Positions 34,651-53,622 of a stretch of DNA of 64,000 nucleotides are shown here, piece by piece. Under the pieces are notes generated by a model. The model worked only from the letters and a program-made list of their open reading frames with translations. It ran no database searches and was not told where the DNA came from. Source of the stretch: the human T2T-CHM13v2.0 reference genome, Homo sapiens. A program made the translations under genes and the position numbers. Numbering within the stretch: the first letter of the stretch is position 1; every line of letters begins with the position of its first letter. The stretch lies in the NCBI RefSeq assembly GCF_009914755.1, contig NC_060935.1; one strand, 5' to 3'.

Positions 34651-34957
<307 letters not shown>

Positions 34958-36116
34958 TAAGAGGCCACAGCAATTCCGAGAAAGGAGCAGCTCCATTCTT
35001 TCTGGGATGGGCAGGGGGCTGTTGAGAAAGTTGCAGAGAGCAGGTGACATCTGAGCTGGACTTGAAGCACAATGAAGAGTTTGTCAGATTGTCAAATTGC
35101 AGAAGAGAACGTTAAAGGAACAGGCTATGCATGGAATGCACATCCTTACATAGCAGACTGCACATTTCAAAAATCAGTTCAAAATCACAATCTCGTTTCA
35201 CCCTCTCAAATCCCATAATGGTGTTATTAACTGCCTCTCCCACGGCCCTCCACCTGCCACACACAGGCAAACAAAAAAAGTAAGGTCCAGTGAAGGCAGA
35301 TGGTGAGCCCCAGGGCAAACAAACGGTGACTGATTTCTGAGTAGAGGGAAGTGAGGGGTGGACTCTGGCTGAAATGGTCCTCTTCTCACTGAAGTGGGGG
35401 ATTCCTGAATTCCTGTCCGGCGGCAGCACCCCACTTCGGCCCCTGCTGGCCTGTGACACCCTCCTCTCATCCCCAGCATACACACACACTCCTCCGGCCA
35501 CCAGGGCCTGTCAGAAGGGGCTGGCTGAGAGGGGACGGCCGGCAGAGGAACCAAGCAGCAGGGCCTGGGCCGAGGGGCTGGGAAAAAGCTGACCGTTCTC
35601 GAAGGCCCAGATCGGAGGCCCTGCCCAGCCTCTTCCCCTCCTCTGAGTGCTGATCACCTCAGCCTCTCCCGCTGCAAGTCTCCTTCCATGGCCTCTCCTC
35701 TCCCATCTCTTGCAGTGGCTGCTGCTGGCCTCTCCCTTCTCCTTCCTCCACCCTCGCCCTCCCCGGGGAGTGGTGAGCTCAGCCTTTCCCAGCAGCCGTC
35801 CCTAGGAATGATGGGAAATGCACCGCCAGGAACTGAGAACAGGCCTGCCCCTGGGAAGGAGTGGGAGAAGAGGCGTCAGGGACAGGGCTCAAGTCTGCCA
35901 CTTCCTAGGACCCCTGACCGCCGAAGGGACAGTCTGCCTGTGTGTACTGCACGCTGGAAGGACATGGGCTCAGACTGTGTGGACTGCCAGGGACCTTGTC
36001 TTACAGATGGGGAGACAAAGGCCCCAGGAGAGGAGAAAGGGGACTGACTGCCTGTCCCAGGCATTGGGAGCCTTTCATTGTCTCATGTCATCCTCACAAC
36101 TGCTCTGCAAGGTGTG

Positions 36117-36598
36117 TGTGGTAGGCTGAGTAACAGCCCCCCGAGATGCCCACATCCTAATCACCAGAGCTGTGGCTGTGTTGGGTCATGTGGTAGAAGA
36201 GATTCTGCAGATGTGATTTTGTTCAGGGCCTTGAGATGGAGAGATTATCCTGCATGACCTGGGTGGGCCCAATGTCATCACAAGGGTCCTGACAAGAGGG
36301 AGGCAGGAGGGTCAGAGAGAGTAAAGGCAATGGGGTGATGGAAGCATTGAAAGACAGACGAAAATCTACACTGCTGGCTTCAAAGCTGGAGGATGGGGCT
36401 GGGAGCCAAGGCATGCAGACAGCTTCTGGAAGCCAGCAGAGGCAAGGGAATGGATCCCCGCTAGAGTTTCCAGAGGACACAGCCCTGACAACCCATTTCA
36501 GGACTTTGGACCTCCAGAACTGTAAAGAATATATTTGTGTTGTTTTAAGCCACTAAATATATGGTAATTTGTAACAGGAGTAATAGGAGACTAATACG
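36117..36598 (+). mobile_element. MaLR solo LTR (MLT1D-like)
   Basis: TGTGGTAGGCTGA...CACATCCTAATC...CTTGAGATGGAGAGATTATCCTG...TTTAAGCCACTAA...CTAATAC. Confidence 0.88.
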
Positions 36599-36666
36599 AC
36601 AGACATTCTTATTCCCATTCTGCGGACCAGGAAACTGAGGCTCACAGAAGGCTCATAACTCCCTCA

Positions 36667-36972
<306 letters not shown>

Positions 36973-38206
36973 ACTCCCTCAGGTCCTTCGGGAATCTCTA
37001 TGGGCTCTTAAGGTTGGGGGCCCCTCAGCCAAGGCTTCAGGCTAGGGGGAGAGTCTGAGGAGGAGGCAGCGGTCTGCCACTGTAGGCTAAGGCTGAGGAC
37101 AAGAGAGAGAACTGGAGAAGGTTAAGCTTTGTGCCTTATTACAGCTGGGCCCTTCCAGATCCCGTGACTAAGAACTGCCATGTCCTGACTGAGAAGCAGG
37201 GAGGCGTGTGACACACAGGAAGGGCCCTGGCTGTGCAGCTGGGATTGGCTGGCTGAGTGTTTGCCGGATTAACTGAGATGAAATGAAATCCCCTACTTAG
37301 CTCTTGGATCCTGATAAAACCCCTGTGAGGAAATTCCTTATCCCTCTGCATTACTGGTAAGGAAAATGGGTCCCCCGGGTTAGTGACTGGCCCAAGTTCT
37401 CCCAGCTAGTAAGCAGTGGAGTCTGGGTATTCATAATGAGCAACAGAAAAAGCATCACAGCCAGGCCTGATGGCTATTGAGTGCTTCTTACGTGCCTAAC
37501 ACTGCCTTAACAGTTGCAGGCATTTTCTCAGTCATTCCAGATGCAAACCTGATCACGTGCCTCCTCTGCCTAAAAACTCTTAACCGCTCCCAAGAGCTCT
37601 TCACAATCTGGCCTCTGTCCAGCCTCCAGCCTCCCTCCCACCATGCTCCCTGCCCCCACACACCCTCCAGCCACACTGACCTTGGTCAGTTCCCTGGAGC
37701 CACCAACTTCCTTCTCACTTCGGGGTCTCCCACAGGACTCCAGTCCCACCAGCCTGGGGCCCCACTAACACAGGGTGGAGAAACCATGGGTCCTGGCCAC
37801 CTCTGCTCCCCATTGTGTGTAAGGAAGGGATAGGGCCAGGGGTCAGCCCACAATGGCAAGGGGCCTGGGAGGCTGGAGTCAAGAGGGCCCAAGTCAGCCA
37901 GTCATCTTCTTAGTAAAGATAACAGCAGACTGGATGCCGCAGGGCATGGTGGCACAGCTCCCAGGGATGCCCCCCCTCCAGCAGAAATGCAGACCCCAGG
38001 ACACTGGAGCAGAGGGGGTTTGTGGAACACAAGGTGTCCCCTTAAGAGCATGCATGGCAACATGAGGCCCACAGAAGGGCAGGACTTGCTGCAGGCCCCA
38101 GAGTGTCACTCTGGGAGTCAGGTCAGAGCAATGGTTAAGGCTTTGGGATCTGCCACTCACTAGCTGGGTAACTGAACCTCTGACTCTCGTCTCTAACAAC
38201 AGCACG

Positions 38207-38572
<366 letters not shown>

Positions 38573-38719
38573 TAGATGACAGCTGCTCTTTCCATTGAGA
38601 GAGCAGGGCCTGCACTCGGGACGCCTGGGTCCCAGTTAGTGCTGCTTCCACCACCACCACCACCACCCCACGCTGCGGGATGGGGGAGATCACCCGCTGT
38701 AGTGAATTTTAACAATTTC

Positions 38720-39502
38720 ATGTTGCTTGGGCACCCACTCTGAGTATGTCAGACTTTCTCGTACCAGAAGCAGGGCTCAGTCACCCTTGACACAGCTTCC
38801 AGTGCTCGGCCTCCTCCCAGTTCCTCAATGTGATCCATCCAGGTATCTGCCTTATGCAACCTCCTCCTGGTGACCACCTCGCCATGGGACAGCCAGACAG
38901 AAGCCACCTAACTTGCCCATTGACCCCCACACCCACATGGGCTGCATGGATTTGCCGCAGTGACCCCCCTCAGTCACCATGCCTTATGCCTGCTTGCTCT
39001 AATCCCAGCAATTATATTTACCCACAGAAACTGCGTGGGTAACATCTTGCACCCCAACAAAGCCTCCAGTCCACAGGTCCTCCCATCTCTCTCTTGCTCC
39101 AACTCACTGGCTAAGCACGGGGTCCCAGGCAGCTTCCCGCTGCCCTCCCCTCTGTGAGTAATACTCTGCTTCTGTTATTTCCTGGGTTTTGCTGGCTACT
39201 TCCTCAGTGTCTCACCTGACCACGTACTCTCCTAGAGAGTGGTTTTCTTGGTAGGAATAAACGGACACAGGTCAGAAAAGAGCCACAAGGCGCCTTCCAC
39301 TATAAGCCAGTTTCCTGTGAGAGAGACACCTGGTCACGGCTGGATACTTAGGCATCAGACCATCCACCAGGATAAAGAAGCATCTCATGAAAGGCACACT
39401 GTGGACCCCCACAAACACCTGCCCTGGAACTCCGTCAGCAGGGCTAGAATTTATAGCCATTCTCAGAGAGAGACCTCAAGACCAAATTAGAGGAAAATAC
39501 AC
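38720..39502 (+). mobile_element. ERVL-type solo LTR (MER54/MER73/MER74 group)
   Basis: GTACCAGAAGCAGGGCTCAGTCACCCTTGACACAG...GGACACAGGTCAGA.AAGAGCCACAAGG...GACCAAATTAGAGGAAAA resembles recalled consensus. Confidence 0.6.
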
Positions 39503-39641
39503 TCACGCCACCCCTACTCTATGATATAGCTGGGTGGGTTTAATTAACCCCTCAGGTGGGACCCAAACAGGGAGGACACCTGGAGAGGTGGCACTCAGCT
39601 GTTTCTGGAGCCTCTGCTTCTGGGCCTCAAAGCTGGTTACA

Positions 39642-39967
<326 letters not shown>

Positions 39968-40230
39968 CTATAGAAAAGAGGTGATCGGCTTCGTTTTCCT
40001 TACAATTAAAGGAAGGGGCCAGCACTGCCCCAGCAGAGTGAGCCTAGGCTAGAGGAACTCCTAATTCAAAACTGAGCTCCCTACTTGCAAACCGACAGAA
40101 GGGAAAGAGGAATGGACTATTCACTGAGCACTTCCAGCGGGTGGGTGTCATGGGAACCTGCCATGAAACATCTCGCTTAAACCCCACAACAGCACAACGA
40201 GAGGGGCTAGGCAGTAGTCCAGTCCCATTT

Positions 40231-40683
40231 TGCCAGGCACGATGGCTCACCCCTGTAATCCCAGCAACTCAGAAGACACAGGCAGGAGAATCATTTAAGG
40301 ACAGGAGGTCAAGACCAGCCTAGGCAAGACAGTGAGACTTATCTCTTTAAAAAAATTTTTTTTTAATTAAAAAAAATAATAGGCCAGGTGCAGTGGCTCA
40401 CGCCTGTAATCCCAGCACTTTGGGAGGCTGAGGTGGGCAGATCATGAGGTCAGGAGTTTGAGACCAGCCTGGGCAATATGGTGAAACCCCATCTCTACTA
40501 ATAATACAAAAATTAGCCATGTGTAGTGGCGCGTACCTGTAGTCCCAGCTACTCGGGAGACTGAGGCAGAAGAATCGTTTGAACCCGGTAGGTGGAGGTT
40601 GCAGTCAGCCGAGATCGAGCTACTACTGCCCTCCAGCCTGGGCAACAGAGCGAGACTCCGTCTCAAAATAATAATAATAATAA
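40231..40683 (+). mobile_element. FLAM (40231-40335) followed by AluS (40382-40683)
   Basis: Alu consensus with (TAA)n tail. Confidence 0.9.
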
Positions 40684-41476
40684 TCCCATTTTGCTTACAT
40701 GAAGCTAAGGTTCCCAGAGGTAAAACAACTTAACTTGTGGCACTGGCTGGCAAAGTCATTCTCCTCCACTGTGTCAGGTGGCCTCTGGGTAACGGCCCCA
40801 TTTCCATTCTAAATGGCTACAGTCTAGGGTCTTTTTGAAGGAAAGGAACCCAGATCAGGAAGATGAGGCCCCCAAAGCAGCCTCTCACCCACCCTTAGCC
40901 CCTATGGCCCATCTCCTCCCTCCAGGTGCTCTCCCCTCCCATCAGCCTACCCCAGAGGCTGGTTATTAACTTCTGTGAAAATAACACATAGCAGTGCTGC
41001 TGCCTCCCCCAACCCCCGACGGCATCCTCACCCCCACACCCGGTTCACAGCCACTCCTTCTCTGAGTTTTGCTCCTTTGGCACTTCCAAAGCCTTTAGTG
41101 AGCTGCAACTAGGTCAGATCCCCCCATCAGACAATCTCCTGTGCCTGCACTTTTCCCTTGGAGCACATTTCACAGTGTGCATCTCTTGCCGTCTGTCTAC
41201 CTGCTCCAGACCATAAGCCCCATTAAGCCAAGGACATGTCTGTTTTGCTGCCATGGTATCCCCAGGGGTGTGCACCGCACTGGCACCCAGCCTCAGAGTC
41301 ACTCCACACTCGCCTGTGCCAGGCCCTGTGCTAAGAGCTGTGCTTAGGCATCACACTTAACCCCCATCAGTGCTCCAGCAGAGTGAGAATGATCATCCGG
41401 CTGCACAGATGAGGACAGCGAGACTCTGAAAGGTGAAGTGACTTCCTGGAGGTTACCCCCTAGCCTGGGTCACGGC

Positions 41477-41540
41477 AGGGACCAGCACCGAGGACTAGCT
41501 ACATAATTTGTGGGCCCCGGTGCAAACTGAAAATGTGCTC
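41477..41540 (+). mobile_element. MER45-like hAT fragment
   Basis: GCTACATAATTTGTGGGCCCCGGTGCAAACTGAAAAT. Confidence 0.55.
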
Positions 41541-41611
41541 AGATGTCAAGACAAAGTCCTGACTCGAAGTCAAAGCCAGGCTCCACCCACCGAGACGCTT
41601 AGGTCCCCTAA

Positions 41612-42433
<822 letters not shown>

Positions 42434-44803
42434 TCAGGGCTGAGGATGTCCAGGATCCTTCAAACAATAGTCAGGCCCTCAGTCCAAATGGCCAGCCCTA
42501 CTAAGAAGGAGAGGAGCACATGGGAGTAGGGGCAGAAGGAAAGGAGGAAAAAGAAAAACTTTACACAAGTTTCCTTGTTTGATTTTCATAACAATCTTGC
42601 CAGGTAGGTTCTATTATCTTTATTATAGAAACAACTGTAGCACACAGAAGTCAATAATTTACCCCGGGTCCCAGCCAGGAAATTACGGAGACCAGAACTG
42701 AACCTGGTTCTATCTATGTTAGGTAGCTAGAACCTGCTTGAACCACAGCTGGCTCCAACAGGTTCAAACCCCATAACCTGCTCGCCCAGGGGAGCAGAGC
42801 CCAAGCCTCAGGAGGGAAGGATTAGCACAGCCTCAAGCCCTGGGGAGCCCTGGCAAGCCCCCAGGATCCTCCCCTTCCACTGCCTGCGTGCTCTCCAAGC
42901 CCAGGCCCGCAGCACAGAGACCCGGGACCAGGTGAGGGGGCCAATCACTGGTGCCACTCCAGGAGGCCAGGGTGCCCATGCCCAGATGAAAGGTTCCTCA
43001 CACATGTCCTAAGTGCCAGATCTGACCACACTGTTTCAGACTTTGCACAGGCTGCTCCTGCCTGGAATGCCCTTCCCACCCTGCCTCTCTGTCCAACTCT
43101 TACTCATCCTTCAAAATGCAGTTGGGCTCTGGGAAGTGTTCCCTCAGCACCTTGTCCGTCCTCACTGCTCCATCAGGTCACCCTGCGATTTCCTGGCTGC
43201 TCCTCCAGCCATTCACTGCACAAAAATTTAATAAGCATCTGCCCTGCCCCAGGCACAGTGCAAGGTGCTAAGGCTACAAGGCCGAGGTTGGGCTCTGTCA
43301 GGCCAGGATGTACGCTGGTTTCATCCCTGTGAAGCTCTGTAAGCCAGGAGGAGCAGACAGGGAAAGGGACCGTAAGGGTCCCCAGGGGGACCCCTTGGGG
43401 TTTGAAAAATTAGAAGTACTCAAATTCTACATTCCAGGCCACTTGCCTAGGTGGTGGGGTGGAGGGTAGCCCCCACCCAGTGCTTCCAGGCCTGGAGTAA
43501 AGATGCTTGGCAAAGCAGCACAAAACTCCTACCAAACAAATACGAAGCATGCTATGTACCTCTGTGTCAAGAGGCCCAGTTGGCTGTGAACTCCCCAGGA
43601 AACCGAAGCCCCATCGGGGACAGGGATGAGACCAAAGTCCCCCCCAGAGCAGGAGGCAGCCCTGGAGTGGTCCTGCAGCCTCTTCTCCCAGGAGATTTGG
43701 GCTTCAACAGAGGAGGAAGAGAAGAGGTGAGGTGCCCCCATCCTGAAGGATTTGCCTACAGACCCTCCACTGGTGAAGAGGGCATTAAGGGTGCACCCTG
43801 GGAAGCCACAGCCCACAGAAGCCCCAGGCCGGAGAGGATGGCTGCTGCCTGCCCAAGGTGGGGAGGGGGCTGGAGTGGAGCCAGGCTGGCGGAGGAAACA
43901 TCTTGATCAGCAAGCAGGAGGAAAGGAGGAGGAATGAGAAAGGAGGAAAGAGCCAGACATGCAAACTCCTCCGCCTCCTCCTTCCAACCAAAACAGAATC
44001 CCCAGCAGACTGAGACCTGTGGAGAAGGAGGCGGGAAAGAAGCTGAGGCCTCCAAGGGCGGGTGGCTGGATGGTGGCCCTGAGGCTGGAGCCTCTGAAAG
44101 CTTGGGGGGCTGGATAGCCCCACCAGAGATGGGGAGGGATCAGTCATCAGGGCCTGCTCAGCTCTGTTCCCGCAAGGGCTGAAGGCTCCAGGAGGAAGAG
44201 GCCATGGGCTCCACATGGTAACTCCGATTCCTCCTTCGAGACCCCACTCAAGTACCCAACTCTTCCCAAAGCCCTCAGACCTGACCTCAGCTGGGCTGGC
44301 TCCAGCACCGCACAAACTCAAAAACATTGTAGAGTAAAATTCATCCTAGTCTCTGGAAAGCCTGGAATCTGCTAGGAAACCCAAGGAACCCAGAAGAGGA
44401 AGTGCCAGCACAGAGATGGCCCTGGACTCCCAGACCACTGGGCGCTGGGACACACTTCATTTCCATTCGCAAAGCCTTCATGGGGGCCTTTTCCTCTGGT
44501 GGGACAGGAGGCTGGGATGAGGAGACAGGAGGGGCCATGGGAGCTGAGCAATAGGGAGACATCATCTTTGCCCCTCTGCCCTCAACACAACACACGTGCA
44601 CAGACACACACATACACTCACTAGTGGGGGCTAAGAGGCTCCCAGGGACCTATGTGTCTTGGACAAATCCTTTGACTTCTCTTGTTCTCTGTTTTCCCTC
44701 ACCTGCACACCTGCTTTCCTGCCCTCCTTCCTTTCAGGAGAGGCACAAGGTAAAGTTTAGGCCTCCAGGTAGGTAAGAACAAAGGCCTCTGGTATGACCT
44801 CAG

Positions 44804-44849
44804 CACGTGGAAGAAAATCCCACCCCACGTGGAAGAAAATCCCACCCCA
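44804..44849. repeat. Perfect 22-bp tandem duplication, CACGTGGAAGAAAATCCCACCC x2
   Basis: Read directly. Confidence 0.95.
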
Positions 44850-45711
44850 TTCCTGCTCACCCCCCCCCACCACCATCCCCCCACCTCTTCCTCAGGACTC
44901 TATTATGGCAGAGTGAGCCTGGGAGGCAGAAGCTGTGGTCAGGAAAGTAGGCAGCCAGGCTTGGAGCCCAAGGGGAGAGTGACCACCAAAGTAACCCATC
45001 TCCTGTCCAGGGCCTTTTCTCTCCTTCTTCTCTCCCTGCTGGCGGAAACCACCTTCCTTACACACATGCTCACCACCATTTGAGAGAGGCTTTATGGGAT
45101 GACTTTAGTCTGTGTTTTCCTTACAGCCCTCATCTGAGTTACTTGAAGCTGCTGGAATTTAGGGGTCCTTCTTTCATTCACTTTTTTATCCTAGTGAACT
45201 GGTCTGCCTTGGTTGGAACCGGCTAGAGGGCATCAGTCAAGTGACCTCCCCTCACTCAACTTGTTTCTTCATCTGTAAAATGGGATGATAGCAGTGCCCA
45301 CCCCATCAGGTTGTTCTGAGGATTAAGTGAGTGTAGTGTCTGGCACCTAGTAATACACATTAGATCTTCTTATGAATATTCAACAGAATTTATTGAGCAC
45401 CTATTGTGTGTCAGATGCTGTTGGCCATCAGACATATGGTGAATAGGGCAGATTTGGGCAAAGGGCCCTGTCTACATAAAGCTTCCCGTCTGGCCAGGGA
45501 AACTGCAGGGCTCTGCACTACACAACTCCTTTGGTTACCATGACACAGATCACAGTGCAAACAGAACACAGAGCGTTCCTACAAGCAGGTAACACAGCAG
45601 CCCTGCAAGACAGGCATCATACAAACAAGTATATGGTGACTCTCACAATAAATGCTATAAAGTGGAGGGCTCCAAGAGCCCAGGATGGGCACAGACCAGC
45701 CTAAGGAGTCA

Positions 45712-46150
<439 letters not shown>

Positions 46151-46709
46151 CTAGGGGAAGACAGGGGAATCACTGAAGGTACAAGGCCAGCAGGGACATG
46201 GGGGCAGGGCCTGGTCACCAGAAGGCCAGATCAGAAGTGTGGATATTACTCTGTCACCGTGATAAGATGTTGGTGGGGTTTCAGCAGATAATTGACACAA
46301 TGCAGTCATGCTTTAGTACGTTCACTTTGGCTGCTGGGAGGCGAATGGAAGGGCAGAGAGACTGGAGTGGAAGCAGAGAGACCAGTTAGGAGGCAGATTC
46401 AACTAGACTGCTCTGGGTTCAAATCCTAGATCTGCCGTTTATTAGATGGGAAACCTCTCAGGGTCTCAGTTTTCCCTTCTGTAAAATGGAGATTACAACA
46501 GTGTCTACTTCCTGGGTTGTTGTGAGGATTAAATGAGCAACTTTACGCATGTAAAGAACTTGGAACAATACCTGGACCACAGGAAGTGCTGTATGTTTTG
46601 CTGATATTATTCATCTGGGTCAGAAATGAGGGTGGCCCAGATTAGGGAGGTAGCAATGAGAGAGAAAGAGAAAACTGGACAGATTCAGAGATAAAATCAA
46701 TAGGTCTTG

Positions 46710-46905
46710 CTCCAAGCAACCAGCTGCTCCAGCCCACCTTGTGCCACCTGCAGCCATCAGAGAGACCCTAAGCCAGAACTGCCCAGCGGAGCTCTTCCCA
46801 AACTCCTGACCTACAGAAACCACAGTCCATAACAAAATGAATGTTGTTGTTTTGAGCCACTAAGTTTTTGGGTGATTTGTTATGTAGCAAAAGATAAATG
46901 GAACA
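46710..46905 (+). mobile_element. MLT1 (old MaLR) 3' fragment
   Basis: CTCCTGACCTACAGAAAC...TGTTGTTTTGAGCCACTAAGTTTT..GGTGATTTGTTATGTAGCA. Confidence 0.75.
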
Positions 46906-46930
46906 ACCCTCATTGAAATGTACCTAGAGG

Positions 46931-47531
<601 letters not shown>

Positions 47532-48552
47532 CTACGAGTTAATAGCATAGGAGATACTGAAGAAAAAAAAACGTATTCAAAATTTTACATACAGTTTAAT
47601 CACAATGGAGCTTGAATACACAAACACATGCATGCACACACACACAGCAAGAAGCACAAACACCAAAAAGTGTTAGAAATGTTGTTTCTAAATGATGAAA
47701 TTCTGGATGATTGCTCTCTTCTCCTTGTCTAATGTGGAGGGTTTTGTTGTTGCTTAAATAATTACTGAAAGATAACTGTTAGTTCTTTCAAGCCCTCAGA
47801 ACTCAGGCTGTGTGCCCGCGCCCTCCCCCCAGGTCTAGGGGAACATAGCACCAGCATCAGTTGCTCCATGAGGGCAGGGATTCTTGCCTGCTTCCTTTAC
47901 TGCTGGGACAGCGCCTAGCACACAGCAGGCTGGCTGAGCACTTCCTGGTGAATGAATGAATGAATGGTCTTTATCTGCCCGTGCGAAGCTCCTCTGAGTC
48001 CACAGCAGCCGCCCTCGTCAGCCTCAGGTAGGGATGAGGTCTGGCCCCACTCCATGTCCTCAGGGTTCAGAACAGGGCCTGGCACCGAGGAGGCACTAGC
48101 AAGGGCCGTGAATGAACGAAGGGCTGAATAAATGAACATCCTACCCAAAGAAGCCCTCCCTGATCACCGTTGCCGAGCCCTGGAGGCCTGGGGAGTGTGC
48201 GTGTGGGTGTGGGTGTGGAATAGGGGGCAGCAAGAATGGAAACATACCTGGGTCTTCTGAGAACCCAGAGAGCCTGTGCACCTGACTCCAACTCCACCTG
48301 CCTCCTCGGGCCCCTTCCCTTTCTGCTGCGACTTTGCCTGTTTGGTCCCCTTCTGAGACCACAGAAAAGTTCTGGAAGGTTCTAACTGCTACGTCTACAC
48401 TCAAAGTGTAGCTGTTTTTAAAAGGAGAAGAGAGCAAGGCCCTTCCTAGACTTTTCTGCCTCTCTAACCACCCCCACCCCTGTCCCTGGGAGAAACCTCT
48501 GGGAGGGAAGCCAGCACATGGGGACCCAGGGCTGGTGGCTGGCGTGAGGTGA

Positions 48553-49276
<724 letters not shown>

Positions 49277-50317
49277 TAGACTAGTGAACTCTGCGGCTCA
49301 TGCTAAGAACAGGTAGGGGCTGAGGCCACCAAAGCCGCTCCCCAAACCAGGCTTGGCCATTACCTTCCAGGCACCCCCAGGCATGCCCCAGCCTCTCTCT
49401 GGACCTCACTAACCTTGTGCGTAAAGGGACCTCTGAGATCCCTTCTGGACCTCACGCCCAGGGCTCTCTGGTCTGACCCTGCCAGTGCTCAAAGCAAAAG
49501 CCCCAGGCCCAACTCGGGCCGGCTGACTCAGAGGCTTGGAGGTTAGAAAACAGAAGAATCTCAGAGCTCAGCCAGGCTGACCTCTCCCATGACAGGTAGG
49601 GAAACTAAGGCCTAGGATCTTTCCTAAGGTCCCCTCAAACCTAGGGCACCAGCTCCCAAGCCTAGGGCATTTTCTAATGCCTTGAAGGAGCTCTGCAGGG
49701 TCCCAGGGGAGGTGGTGCCTGCTCAGGCAGCTCTGGAGAAGCAGGAGGTGATGAAGAATTTTCATTAACAGCCAAGGCTCCAGGCTGGGAGGAGGAGGGT
49801 GCTGCCGGAGGATGTGCGAGAGCTCCTGAGAGAGGCACTGAGTCATGCTTGCAGCTGCGTCCCCAGAAAGCAGCCCAGGGCCTGGCACAGCGTGGGTGTG
49901 CAGTAAATGAACAAATAAATAAAAATGTGAATGAGTGATAACAACAGCAGCTAACACGTAGTACTTACTTTGTGCCAAGCACTTTACAAATATTAACTCA
50001 TTTAATCCTAATGGAAACATTAAGATTCCCATAACAAAAGATGAAGATTCTCATAATAAAAATTTTGTTATTCCTCTTTTATAGACAGGGAAACTGAAAC
50101 AGAGAGAGGTTAAATAACCTGCCCAAGGCCACACAGCTTGGGCAGTGTGGGAAGTCTGGCAGTCAACCTTGGTCTTAACCACTCTGCCTCCCACTCAGCA
50201 CCCTTACCTGCCACAGCCTCTCTCCCACACACCGTCTCCAGCAGTCTCACCCTAACGCCCATGTCTCATCGCAACCCCATCCCCTCTTACTACACACTGC
50301 CTTTTTAAAATTACTGT

Positions 50318-51559
<1,242 letters not shown>

Positions 51560-51560
<1 letters not shown>

Positions 51561-51992
51561 ACATAAAGTGAACAATTCAGTGGCATTTAGTCCATTCACA
51601 ACGTTGTGCAAAACCGCCACTTCTATCTAGATCCAACGCATTTCCATCACTCCAAAGTAAAACCCCTTACTCACTATGTAGTCTCTCCCCATTCTTTCCT
51701 CTCTCCAACCCCTGGCAACTACCAGTGTCTGCTTTCTGTCTCTATGGATTTCTCTATTCTGGATATTTCATACAAGTTGACTCATACTATAGGTGACCTC
51801 TTGTGTCTGGCTTTTTTCATTTCACGTAAGGTTTGCAAGGTTCGTCCACTTTATAGCATGGATCAGTATTTCATTCCTTCTCATGGGTGAATAATGTTGT
51901 ACAGCATGGATATACCACCATTTGTTTATCCATTCATCTGCAGATGGGCATTTAGGCTGTCTGTTCCCACTTTTTGGCTATTGTGAATAGTC
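51560..51992 (-). mobile_element. Old L1M 3' fragment
   Basis: CAATTCAGTGGCATTTAGT...TGGACATTTCATA-like...TTTATCCATTCATC...TTTTTGGCTATTGTGAATAG. Confidence 0.85.
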
Positions 51993-52682
51993 AGTTGCTG
52001 CCTGTTCCTCCTCCCTAAAACCCTGTGAATGAGGACAGTTGTTCATCCCCATTCCCCAGAAGACAACATTGAGGTTCATTTGTGATACAGATGGTGACTT
52101 GAACTGAAGCCCCTGCCGCCCAAATGAAAGTGCCCTTCTTACATCCTTGTCTCCCACCAGCCATTCACCCATCCCAAGTGTCATGCCTTCCCTGGGCATC
52201 TGTTACCACATTCTGGGCTCTGTGCCAACTGCTGGCCACCTGGTGTGGACAGCTCAGGCCAAGTCCCAGACTCTACTATAGTCTGAAGCTGCAGAGGCCT
52301 GGAGGCTGCAGTCTCACCCTCTGGGATGGGCTCCTGTCCAGCCAAGGAGTCCCAGGATCCAGGGCCAGGGGCCAGGCATACCACATCCAAGATGCGTATA
52401 GACAGGAGTGCCCTGCTCCTGCCCTCCCTGGATCCCAGTATTCCTCAATGCACAGAGGAAGATGGCCCCCAGCAGATGGCTCCAGAGATCTGCACAGCAA
52501 AACCATTGAGTGGAACGGGAACGGCTGGGCTGAGAGGGCCGTCAGAAAACACTGAACTCAGAGCCCTGAAGAGAGTGGGGCAGCCAGTAAGGGTTTCCCA
52601 TGCAAATTGGTCACTGCACCTCTCAAATGTAAACACACTAGAAACAGCACTTCGCTGGGACCATTCCTTCCTGCTGTGTAAC

Positions 52683-52990
<308 letters not shown>

Positions 52991-53177
52991 CCTTGCTGCT
53001 GTGTAACCTTGAGCCAAACCTTCTCTGAGCCATCTCTGCCTAAAAGCAGGGTTCAGGGATCTAGAATTCCAGATTCTAGGGTGGGAGGAGTGGGTTGTCC
53101 TTGCAGAGCCCCTCCTGTTAAAGACTACATCCACTCAAGCTGTCTCTTTGTGTAAGATGGTGTGACTATGACCACTA

Positions 53178-53622
<445 letters not shown>

